IMG/VR virus record: IMGVR_UViG_3300028666_000031
From: an uncultured virus (IMG/VR IMGVR_UViG_3300028666_000031)
Taxonomy: Duplodnaviria > Heunggongvirae > Uroviricota > Caudoviricetes
Length of the DNA stretch: 64,000 nt
Reading direction: 5' to 3' (one strand)
Part shown: positions 47,597-55,597 of the stretch, one piece after another
Position numbering within the stretch: the first letter of the stretch is position 1
Layout of the letters: each line of letters starts with the position of its first letter
Program-made: the position numbers and the translations under genes
Notes under the pieces: generated by a model
Database searches by the model: none
Seen by the model: only the letters and a program-made list of their open reading frames with translations
What the model was told of the DNA's origin: nothing

Positions 47597-47908
47597 TTAC
47601 GCGCCATGGTGAACCCCGTTGCCATCAGCAACAAAATCACTGCGAGTGCCTTCATCATGTTTTTTTCCTCCCGTGATGTTTCCCGTCCGCAAATACCGCC
47701 GGTACTTTAATTCGTTCACCGTCCACACCGTGGGCAGAAGCGCCAAACGCCTCTGCGACAAAAAACGCGTGTTCTCCATTATCCGGCACCCTGTGGCCTT
47801 CCACACCTGTTCACTGGTGCTCTCGGGATGATTCAGCAAATACTTAATCACCGCCGCTTCCCGCTGCACTCGCCGCTCTAATCCCTTCTTGCCTGTCATT
47901 CCTTTCAC
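47597..47908 (-). CDS. Hypothetical protein (wHTH-like)
   Basis: VIKYLLNHPESTSEQV. Confidence 0.45.
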   Translation of the reverse strand: MKGMTGKKGLERRVQREAAVIKYLLNHPESTSEQVWKATGCRIMENTRFLSQRRLALLPTVWTVNELKYRRYLRTGNITGGKKHDEGTRSDFVADGNGVHHGA

Positions 47909-48117
47909 TTCTTCACGCCTTTCTCGCCCTTAAAGTCAATCGACTTCTGGCAGACCCCATCTGCGCGGATATCGATTTGCGTAGGAATCGTGCAGCGGCC
48001 CATCGCGTCATTGCAGGGACAATGCGACACCCGGCACTTCGGTTGATAATCCTCCGCGTAATCCCGGCTCACCCACGGTGCTCCGCCATGTGCCCGGTCC
48101 CCAATGCGACCCATCAC
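47905..48117 (-). CDS. Small Cys-rich hypothetical protein
   Basis: C..SHC.CN...C...C. Confidence 0.45.
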   Translation of the reverse strand: MMGRIGDRAHGGAPWVSRDYAEDYQPKCRVSHCPCNDAMGRCTIPTQIDIRADGVCQKSIDFKGEKGVKK

Positions 48118-48225
48118 AACCGCCCCCTTCGCGGCTGCACCGCCGAAATCGCTTGCGCGTTCACCACCCGCCGCATCTCATCCCGCTTGTTTCGTTCCCA
48201 GTAGAGCAACCGTTCCCGGCGCGCC

Positions 48226-48867
48226 TTACCTTCCAAAGCCCGGACCGGAATAAGCACCAACGCGCACAACGCCTTCGCAATCTCGAACGGCACCGACACC
48301 AGGCACAGCAACGCCTGAGCTACCCACGCCAACATCACGATTATCATTTGGTTCCTTTGATTGAGTTTCCAACGCGATGGCCTGTTCTAAACCGTTCTGC
48401 CACCGCACGTCCTTTCCACTGCACAACACACACCGCTCCGCTCCGTCCTCTGCCTTCTCCCGCGCCAGCTCCGTCACCTCTAAACAGTCGAAACAAAAAT
48501 AATATCCCGTCGAAGCCAGCACCCTGAGATTGCGTTTCTCCGCCGGCAATCGCGCCTTCTTCGCCAAGGCCTCCTCCGTGAACTCAACCCGCGTCCCCGC
48601 CACCACCACCGCCGCACGCTCATTAAACTCCTGCATCGCCTTCTCACCCCGTGAACCCTTCGCGCCATTCACACTTCCGACCGGGGCCTTCCACACGATC
48701 CGGAATGAATGACAATGCGTGCATTGCTGGTCGTACTCCCCTTGCTTCAATGGTTCCGTAATCCGATGACACGCCAGGCACCACCAGAATCCGGTCGCCG
48801 ACACATCCACCTTATTCAGGTCGACACTCAGCTTCTTTGCCGGATTGGCAGCGCCCCAGGACTTCAC
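48226..48867 (-). CDS. Double zinc-ribbon protein
   Basis: Two GFWWCLAC / GYYFCFDC ... CxxC units. Confidence 0.6.
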   Translation of the reverse strand: MKSWGAANPAKKLSVDLNKVDVSATGFWWCLACHRITEPLKQGEYDQQCTHCHSFRIVWKAPVGSVNGAKGSRGEKAMQEFNERAAVVVAGTRVEFTEEALAKKARLPAEKRNLRVLASTGYYFCFDCLEVTELAREKAEDGAERCVLCSGKDVRWQNGLEQAIALETQSKEPNDNRDVGVGSSGVAVPGVGAVRDCEGVVRVGAYSGPGFGR

Positions 48868-49433
48868 GCAACACCCCCCAGTTGATGGAAACGTTGTAGG
48901 AATAGTTTTTCCACCAGCTCCATCGGCATCGGGATAATCACCTCGGGCAGCGGCGCATACTGCTCGAAATACTCATCCCACGGCCACGGTGACGGAGGGC
49001 ACAGATCCCGCCGCTCTGTCATCAAAGCCACATTGTCCGCTTCCTTCACCAGCGGATGCAGCTTGATCGGCAAAGTAAAACGCGGAGCCAACCTCTTCCA
49101 AATCCGCTCCTCCTCCTGCTTTAATGCGCGCATCGAAGACTTGCGCGGCTGCACGTTGTCCCCCGTGTAAGCCTCGGGCGAGTCGTGCATCAATCCCTCG
49201 TACTGCACCTCGATGGATTGCCCCCACCCCTTCAAAATATCGCTGACCACCAAACAGTGCTGCCCCACCGAATAATGCGTGATGCAATGCCCTCCAAATC
49301 GGCAAATCAAACTCAGCGAGTGCGCAATGTCCTCGATGCGGAAATCTTGCGACCTCGGGTCCCGCGGCCAGAACCGGTGCGTGAACGTGTTGAACCAAGG
49401 CCCAACACGAGGTCTGTCCATGCGCGCACTCAT
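48864..49433 (-). CDS. HD-domain 5'-deoxynucleotidase-like hydrolase
   Basis: IEDIAHSLSLICRFGGH..HYSVGQH, LMHDSPEAYTGD, VKEAD. Confidence 0.85.
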   Translation of the reverse strand: MSARMDRPRVGPWFNTFTHRFWPRDPRSQDFRIEDIAHSLSLICRFGGHCITHYSVGQHCLVVSDILKGWGQSIEVQYEGLMHDSPEAYTGDNVQPRKSSMRALKQEEERIWKRLAPRFTLPIKLHPLVKEADNVALMTERRDLCPPSPWPWDEYFEQYAPLPEVIIPMPMELVEKLFLQRFHQLGGVA

Positions 49434-49678
49434 ACCAACACCCCCATCGCCACCAGCGAAATCCTCACCGCATCCTCATCCAACCCCTTCCGACTCTTCA
49501 CCCCCAGTGAATTACTCTCACCCCAACATCCCACCTGGCCTTGGCTCACTCCGCAGAACCCCGCCCCCCGAACATGCACTAAGGCATCCAGGCTCACCGC
49601 ATTCTTGTGCTCAATCACATCCGGGAACACCACCGCCGCCTCAAGACAAGGCGCCACCTCTACGACGACATACTTCAT
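49430..49678 (-). CDS. Hypothetical protein
   Basis: MKYVV...VFP..IEH...GAGFC...CWGESNSLGVKSR. Confidence 0.65.
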   Translation of the reverse strand: MKYVVVEVAPCLEAAVVFPDVIEHKNAVSLDALVHVRGAGFCGVSQGQVGCWGESNSLGVKSRKGLDEDAVRISLVAMGVLV

Positions 49679-50085
49679 ACTTCCACCTCCTCGACGTTGA
49701 AAAATCCAAGCATCCCTTTCAAAGGCCGGAAGGGCAGGGGATACGCATTGCTTAACTTGAGCGCCAGCGGCCCGCAGAACCACGGACTCGACGAAGACCG
49801 CACCATCCCCTCAAACTTTACCATCCCGACAATCCCACCCCGGCGAAGCGCATCGAACCGTGGCGTCACCCTGACTCCGCAACTCACCGCGAACGCGCAA
49901 GCCTCATCAAACTCCCTGACCGTCATCCCGGCACTCGCATGAATTAGGAAGTTGCTCCCGACCGGGCAGCGGGTCAGTTGTGCCTTGGCATACTCATCCG
50001 TCCAATCCCGGTTCTCATAATCCTTCCACGGTGCCCCTTCCAAAATGAACCATGCCCACGGTTGACGTATCGAGAGTGCCATCAT
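49675..50085 (-). CDS. ASCH domain protein
   Basis: ALSIRQPWAW, KDYENRDW, LIHAS, GGIVG, KGMLGFF. Confidence 0.9.
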   Translation of the reverse strand: MMALSIRQPWAWFILEGAPWKDYENRDWTDEYAKAQLTRCPVGSNFLIHASAGMTVREFDEACAFAVSCGVRVTPRFDALRRGGIVGMVKFEGMVRSSSSPWFCGPLALKLSNAYPLPFRPLKGMLGFFNVEEVEV

Positions 50086-50606
50086 GATAGCTCCCATCGG
50101 TGGGTTGCCCACCAGTTGCCGGTGGCCCGCTTATCGAGGCACCCTTTGATAATTTCAGGAACATGAATGTGCTCCCAATCCATGGCCGTCTGCCACCCGC
50201 AGTTGATATCGAAAACGAATTGCACCGGCTCGCCCCACATAAACTCCGCCGCCGCTATCCAGTGCGTCTGTCGATACGCCCACTTCGGATTAGCCCCCGC
50301 CGCCGTCCACGGCCCCTCAAATTGAATCCGCACCAGCCCATAACGAGTCAGCGTGTGCCCATCGCATTCATTGTCATCCCTCTCGATGAACTGGATGCCC
50401 AACGAGCGCAGGGCCGTCGCCATCATCGTCGGGTTGGTAAAGTGGCGCTCCGTAAACCCCGGAATCGCCTCGCAAGCCTTTTGAATCGAAATCCCCGCGA
50501 TGATTGCCAGCGCCGTCGGGCCGCAGTTGGGATGAAAGATTTTCTCCGCCGCTTCCCAATCCTCTTGGGTAACACTAGCCGTGCTGGGTTTCGTCAACTT
50601 GTCCAT
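50082..50606 (-). CDS. Hypothetical protein, papain/C39-like Cys-His motif
   Basis: NCGPTALA...THWI...VFDIN. Confidence 0.55.
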   Translation of the reverse strand: MDKLTKPSTASVTQEDWEAAEKIFHPNCGPTALAIIAGISIQKACEAIPGFTERHFTNPTMMATALRSLGIQFIERDDNECDGHTLTRYGLVRIQFEGPWTAAGANPKWAYRQTHWIAAAEFMWGEPVQFVFDINCGWQTAMDWEHIHVPEIIKGCLDKRATGNWWATHRWELS

Positions 50607-50886
50607 CACAGCGCACCTCCGCACACGTCAGGCGAGATGCGAGACAATAACGGGTAGTTGACCCAAGGGGAGACACCCCGGGGGATATCCCCCTGGCGAC
50701 CGCAAAAAAAAGAAGCCGAACCTGCAGCATTGAGCCCCACAACAAATCCCTTGGGGTAATCCAAGTCACAGCTTGCAGAAGAAAAAGAAGAACCCGTTGC
50801 AGGCAAACATGAACCCAAACATGCATGCCGCCTGGGAGGCAGCGCCGCGCAACGGGTGAGAATTCCCGACCAGCTTCCCCGAGCTT

Positions 50887-51054
50887 GGTGACACTCGGGT
50901 GACACTGGCCTTGTAAGTCCTTGATTATCAGATGGCGACCCTAATGGGACTCGAACCCATGCAACTATTTTAGCCTTGCAATCCTTCGCAAACCATTGTA
51001 AAGTCATGCTCGAATTCGTTTGTTTTCTTGTGCATGGGTACACTAGGTGACACT
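50887..51054. other. attP site: tRNA 3'-end core (50933-50962, minus strand) flanked by GGTGACACT arm-type repeats
   Basis: Minus strand ATGGGTTCGAGTCCCATTAGGGTCGCCA (T-arm + acceptor + CCA); GGTGACACT at 50887, 50898 and 51046, variant GGGTACACT at 51036; adjacent to integrase. Confidence 0.8.
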
Positions 51055-51100
51055 GATTAACTGAATCGAAACTAAAACTAGAACAGGACAAAAACCCATT

Positions 51101-52234
51101 ATGGCATCCCTCTATAAACGACCCCGCTCCCCCTTCTGGTGGATTAAATGTCGGGACACCAAAGCCCACAGCCCGACCGTCGGCAAAGTGATTTACCTCT
51201 CGACCGGGTTCCGAGTTGGCGTCGGACCCGACACTCGCTCCGCCCGTCAGATGGCTGCCGAGCTGACCCTGGCCGAATCCAAATTCACAACGACCTCGCC
51301 CCTCGAACCGTGGGGCAACTGGGTCCCCGACTACCTCAACGTCTACTGCAAGTCGCCAGCCACCTTGGAGCGCTACACTACCATCTGGAAAAACCTCTCC
51401 CTCTTCCTGGCTGAAAAAGAAATCACCACACCCCGACAACTCACCCGCGAGCGTTGCCTGAGTTACTTCCCCTGGCGACTCACACCCGACAAGGCCACCG
51501 GCAAGTATCACGCCGTCCACAACACGGCTCATCTCGAAATCAAAATCCTTTCCCTGATCATGAGCGAAGCAGTTCGGCGGAACTTCGCACCGTTCAATCC
51601 CGTCCGGGACCTGGGCGTCAAGCGCCAGCGTGGGCGGGAGAAGCCGGAATTTACAGACGACCATCTGGCCTTCATCAGCGCGGCAATTCAGAAGGAGCCC
51701 GAACCGCTCCGCAGCTTCCTCAACAACAGTTTCCTGATCGCCCGCTACCAAGGGTGTCGGATGAAAGAAACCCATGTGGATCCCCGGCATGACGTCGATA
51801 TCACCGAGGATGGCGCGAGCGGACTCATCCGCTTCCGCATCAAAGGCGGACGCGAACACACCGCCCCGCTTCACCCGCGCCTGATTCCGCTGTTCCTCGA
51901 ACTGCGCAAACTCGGAGCAACCGAGACCTACGTGCTGCCCCCCAACCCCAGCCGCAAATGGTTCGACTTCATGAAGCGGATTGGCATGCGCAAGCTGCTT
52001 CCTGGCGCGTGCTTCCACTCCCTGCGCGTTACCGCCGTGACCCGGCTGGCCCGCTCCAAGACCATTCCCGAATCCAAAGCGATGAGGTTTATTGGTCATG
52101 CGTCTACGACTGTCCACAGGCAATACCAGAGGCTTCGGACAGAGGACTTGGGGGATTGCTTGAGCGCGCTGGATTCCGTGACGGATAAACCAACCGCTCC
52201 CGAAACTCAGGGTGCTCCCGCAACCACTTCCTGA
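51101..52234 (+). CDS. int: Tyrosine recombinase/integrase
   Basis: GCRMKE (R), IKGG (K), FHSLR (HxxR), IGH, RQY catalytic residues. Confidence 0.93.
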   Translation: MASLYKRPRSPFWWIKCRDTKAHSPTVGKVIYLSTGFRVGVGPDTRSARQMAAELTLAESKFTTTSPLEPWGNWVPDYLNVYCKSPATLERYTTIWKNLSLFLAEKEITTPRQLTRERCLSYFPWRLTPDKATGKYHAVHNTAHLEIKILSLIMSEAVRRNFAPFNPVRDLGVKRQRGREKPEFTDDHLAFISAAIQKEPEPLRSFLNNSFLIARYQGCRMKETHVDPRHDVDITEDGASGLIRFRIKGGREHTAPLHPRLIPLFLELRKLGATETYVLPPNPSRKWFDFMKRIGMRKLLPGACFHSLRVTAVTRLARSKTIPESKAMRFIGHASTTVHRQYQRLRTEDLGDCLSALDSVTDKPTAPETQGAPATTS

Positions 52235-52382
52235 CATCGCTCAGATAGAAGTAGCGCAGATTGGTAAGACCCATCGCTTTCTTGATGGCGCTCATCCGGG
52301 TCGTGCCCCACGGCTTCCCAGGCTTGCCCAACTCCACGCGGGCCGTAATCGCGTTGACGGGGTTCTCAGTTAAAATAGACAT
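52104..52382 (-). CDS. Excisionase-like protein
   Basis: Small basic ORF convergent on and overlapping the integrase; FYLSDVRKWL motif. Confidence 0.5.
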   Translation of the reverse strand: MSILTENPVNAITARVELGKPGKPWGTTRMSAIKKAMGLTNLRYFYLSDVRKWLREHPEFRERLVYPSRNPARSSNPPSPLSEASGIACGQS

Positions 52383-52393
52383 AGAAGATTTTT

Positions 52394-52585
52394 TTACCTC
52401 GACTTACTAACCGCACATTTAGAATCCTGGTCCGCGCAGTTCTCCACCCTTTGGGTTGGCAGGGTCCCATCCAAATCGCGGGCAATCAGGTTGCGGACAT
52501 AATTGGAAAAATTGCGATGCTGCTCTGCCGCCCGTTCCGAGGCCTGTTCGAACTGACTGTCCGGCAGGCTGATAGTTTTATTCAT
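52394..52585 (-). CDS. Ribbon-helix-helix regulator
   Basis: KTISLP...RAAEQHRNFSNYVRNLIARDL. Confidence 0.8.
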   Translation of the reverse strand: MNKTISLPDSQFEQASERAAEQHRNFSNYVRNLIARDLDGTLPTQRVENCADQDSKCAVSKSR

Positions 52586-52590
52586 CTTTC

Positions 52591-52683
52591 AGTGTGATAA
52601 TTTCACACTTTTTCATATTTAGTGTCTGTGTGTATTTTGTTTTTTTTACACCCTTTTTTGCAGTGCAGTAAGGGATATCCCTT
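52591..52683. promoter_or_regulatory. Divergent control region with palindromes
   Basis: AGTGTGA-TAATT-TCACACT (52591-52609) and AAGGGATATCCCTT (52670-52683); AT-rich. Confidence 0.6.
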
Positions 52684-52744
52684 GGGGTGTTTTCCACTTA
52701 ATTACTTGCCAGAATAAATAAGCTATGAGAATGTATGACAGCAT

Positions 52745-52957
52745 ATGAAACCTCGCCCTATTAATCCACGTCCAGAAAGCCGTACTGCCATCGGGACGGC
52801 GAGAACTACCATATCGATGCCCGCCCCCTTGTTTGTCTTGGCGCTGGGCCGCAAACAGGCGCGCAACTTTGGCGCCTTCTCCGACTACATCCAAGACCTC
52901 GTCCGCAAGGACGTGGGCGCCGCCGCCGACAGCAACCAGCTCGTGCTCAACGTATGA
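52745..52957 (+). CDS. Ribbon-helix-helix regulator
   Basis: RTTISMP...FSDYIQDLVRKD. Confidence 0.75.
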   Translation: MKPRPINPRPESRTAIGTARTTISMPAPLFVLALGRKQARNFGAFSDYIQDLVRKDVGAAADSNQLVLNV

Positions 52958-53217
52958 GCCTGGCCCGCTCCACGGTCAGCCTCCCACAAGAAATGTATGA
53001 CGCCGCAGCCCAGCGCCAATCAGACCTGGGCTACGCCACCTTCTCCGCCTACGTGCAAGCCCTCATCCGTGCAGACGTTCTTACTCAAACCAGCCACGTC
53101 CGGACCGCCGCGCCGCTGGTTTCCCTGCACGAAAAGGAACAGACCTTGACTGCGATCAAAAAGGCTGCAGGAAAAACAACACCAAAGCACACTGCCGAGC
53201 ACAAGCCTGACAAGTGA
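52954..53217 (+). CDS. Ribbon-helix-helix regulator
   Basis: RSTVSLP...FSAYVQALIRAD. Confidence 0.75.
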   Translation: MSLARSTVSLPQEMYDAAAQRQSDLGYATFSAYVQALIRADVLTQTSHVRTAAPLVSLHEKEQTLTAIKKAAGKTTPKHTAEHKPDK

Positions 53218-53530
53218 CCGCCTTGAGCCCGACCTTCAAGTCGCGCAGGCAGACGCCATCCATCTTCACTTTGGTGTTGAGGGTCACGATCACCCGCAGT
53301 TTAAGCGAACGGCTAATCGCGTCCTCCAGCCGGGAGTAAGCTTCATGGTGAAAGAAATTACGCGCCGAGGCCCAGTGTTCCGGCCGGTCCGTGGTGATGC
53401 CTCGAAAATCCCGCCACGCCTTGTTGCGCCAAAACCGGTCCGACGGCAATGTCCGGATCGCCCAGAAGTCGGGGTCATGTTCCAACCGCTCTCGCCATTC
53501 ATCAAAGTATTGTACACACGATACCTGCAT
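53156..53530 (-). CDS. PAS-fold-like hypothetical protein
   Basis: FWRNKAWRDFRG...W.....FFHHE pattern. Confidence 0.4.
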   Translation of the reverse strand: MQVSCVQYFDEWRERLEHDPDFWAIRTLPSDRFWRNKAWRDFRGITTDRPEHWASARNFFHHEAYSRLEDAISRSLKLRVIVTLNTKVKMDGVCLRDLKVGLKAVTCQACARQCALVLFFLQPF

Positions 53531-53679
53531 AGGTTTTTGTCCTCCACGAAGCCCGGCACCGTCGTTTCTACGCCACCACCCTAATGAACCCCACTCCACT
53601 ACGCAAGCCCACATTGTCAGACAATGGCAGACACTTTCCAGCTTTGTTACCCCACATCGACCCGTGGATAGTGGAGGAG

Positions 53680-53838
53680 ATGAAGAAACTGGAGAGGCTG
53701 ACCCTCAGATTAGACTCTGACACGTTGCGTGCACTCATGGCCGAAGCCGAGAAACGCGACCTAAAGAAATCAACCTATGCGGCCAGATTGATTAAGCGGG
53801 CGCTCAAATCGGCTTGCAAAAAGAAGCCCGAAGAATGA
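53680..53838 (+). CDS. Ribbon-helix-helix regulator
   Basis: SD GGAGG; RLTLRLD..TLRAL..EAEKRDLKKSTYAARLI. Confidence 0.7.
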   Translation: MKKLERLTLRLDSDTLRALMAEAEKRDLKKSTYAARLIKRALKSACKKKPEE

Positions 53839-53851
53839 TAGTCGTGGCAGC

Positions 53852-54235
53852 ATGCTTACTACCACTCTTATTGCCTGCCAATGCAACCACTGCGACGGCT
53901 ACATCACATTCGAGGAGCGCGGCGAAGGCACCCAAGTCACATGTCCCCATTGCGGGCTGGACACAATACTCTTTATCCCGGTTACCAACCAGCCGCCCCA
54001 AATCCCCACAGCGCCGGCCAGATCACCGGGAGGACTTTCCAAGCTCATTCACTGCCATGCCTGCGCCAGCCTGATTAGCCGCAAAGCCGCCGCCTGCCCC
54101 CAGTGCGGTGAGCCATTGGGTTCCATCCACCGAGGCCTTGACGTTTTCCTGGGTGTCCTGGCCGCGCTGACCGTCTTTGCCATCGGAGCCGCCGTGTTTG
54201 GAGCGACCATTGGCGCACTCCTAAGCATTCATTAA
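53852..54235 (+). CDS. Double zinc-ribbon membrane protein
   Basis: CNHC..CPHC and CHAC..CPQCG, C-terminal TM helix. Confidence 0.7.
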   Translation: MLTTTLIACQCNHCDGYITFEERGEGTQVTCPHCGLDTILFIPVTNQPPQIPTAPARSPGGLSKLIHCHACASLISRKAAACPQCGEPLGSIHRGLDVFLGVLAALTVFAIGAAVFGATIGALLSIH

Positions 54236-54386
54236 GAAGGTGCACATGACCGAGAACAGCATTCCCTATGATGGTCTCGAAGAACTGCCACCATTTTTGC
54301 CATCCCTGAACCTTAAACCGTTCATTAGCAAAGAGTTAATGTCCTCGAAGAACCCCATTGGCTACAAACCTCTATAATTAGGGACA

Positions 54387-54581
54387 CTACCGGATTCCGC
54401 TCACCGGATTCCGCTCCAAGCCCTCAAACAGCACTTGCCTTATCCATGCCGACGGATTGCTGTCCGCTGGCGTGGTCAGAACAACGGTCCCATACTCCGA
54501 CTCGGTTAAACGGAGTGTGACCACGCGTCCGCGCCTGAGTTCATTACTGAGTTTTGGCCTTCCTGCCTTTTTGTATGTCAT
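54387..54581 (-). CDS. MobC/RHH-like DNA-binding protein
   Basis: GRPKL...VVTLRLTESEY...SAWIR. Confidence 0.65.
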   Translation of the reverse strand: MTYKKAGRPKLSNELRRGRVVTLRLTESEYGTVVLTTPADSNPSAWIRQVLFEGLERNPVSGIR

Positions 54582-54584
54582 AAA

Positions 54585-55165
54585 TGGATTTTTGCAATAC
54601 AACAATGGATTACTGTAATACGAAAACTTTTTGCAATACAACAATTTTTTGCAATACGATAATCCATTTTTGCAATACAACAATACCACACACCCCTTAC
54701 CCCCAGCCCGGATTGCTGTCTTCTTTTGGGACGCTTTGAGCCAGGTGCCCGCTTTTGCCCGCAAGTTGGTTTCAGCGATTAAGTTGAGGTCTATTTTACT
54801 GAACACTTGCAATCTATTATACATCAATAATTTACATTATCAAATTCAGTGGTTTCAGTGGTTTCAGTGTTTCTCAGCGAACCTACCTATATAGGTAAAA
54901 GGTGGACGGACCATAAATCGAACGAGCTGGGCTCCTATCACCTCCTTCCTATCACCCTCTTACCCTCTCGCGCTACGAGGGGATAGATTTTTCACTGAAA
55001 CCACTGAAACCACTGAAACCGCTTCCTTAATCTATATTTTTCAATTTTCTCTAAGTACAATAAATATAAGTAGATGGGAGAGCCAGACCCGCGCCCCGGC
55101 CCTTGGTTTTCTTGGTTTCAGTAGCGGTTTCAGTAACTTAATCCACTGAAACGCAGACGTCTGCA
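54585..55165. repeat. Iteron-like repeats, candidate replication origin
   Basis: TTTTGCAATAC x4 (54589-54680); (TTCAGTGGT)n at 54845-54869 facing (CACTGAAAC)x3 at 54993-55020; further copies at 55115-55152; AT-rich. Confidence 0.7.
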
Positions 55166-55597
55166 CTCCCGCGCCCCGAGGCTTGGGTCGATTGCCCCGC
55201 TCATTGATATGCCTGCCCGCAACCAGGGCCACTCGAGTCGGCCCGGTCGACCGGCCACCTCCTGGCCAGCAGAAAGCCATCCCCCCTTCCGGGTGGGCCC
55301 CCCCCCACCTCCTCGGCCAACCGGGAGCGCGTGGATGTTCAGCACCTCACCCCCATCTGTTGTTTTGGGGCGATTTTTGAGGCATATTCTACCCCCCTTC
55401 GGGTCCTACACCCTGATTTTGATGTCATTGCGGATCATACGGTAAATACGGGCCAGAATGCTCATTGCCGAAAACAAAAAGCCGCGTTCGTTCCGGTTGT
55501 GGCAATCGCCTGTGTGGCTGTATTAGTAGAGCCATGGGCAAAGCTATTTGGTGCGAGTATGGTGCTTGCACTCGCCTTGCCTTGAACTAAACAACAT

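Noticed and set aside
50933..50962. Complete tRNA gene
   Set aside because: Only the T-arm and acceptor 3' half are present; no D or anticodon arms, so it is treated as the att core
50606..52237. 543-aa minus-strand ORF
   Set aside because: Lies antisense to the integrase and across attP, with no recognisable motifs; probably a high-GC shadow frame
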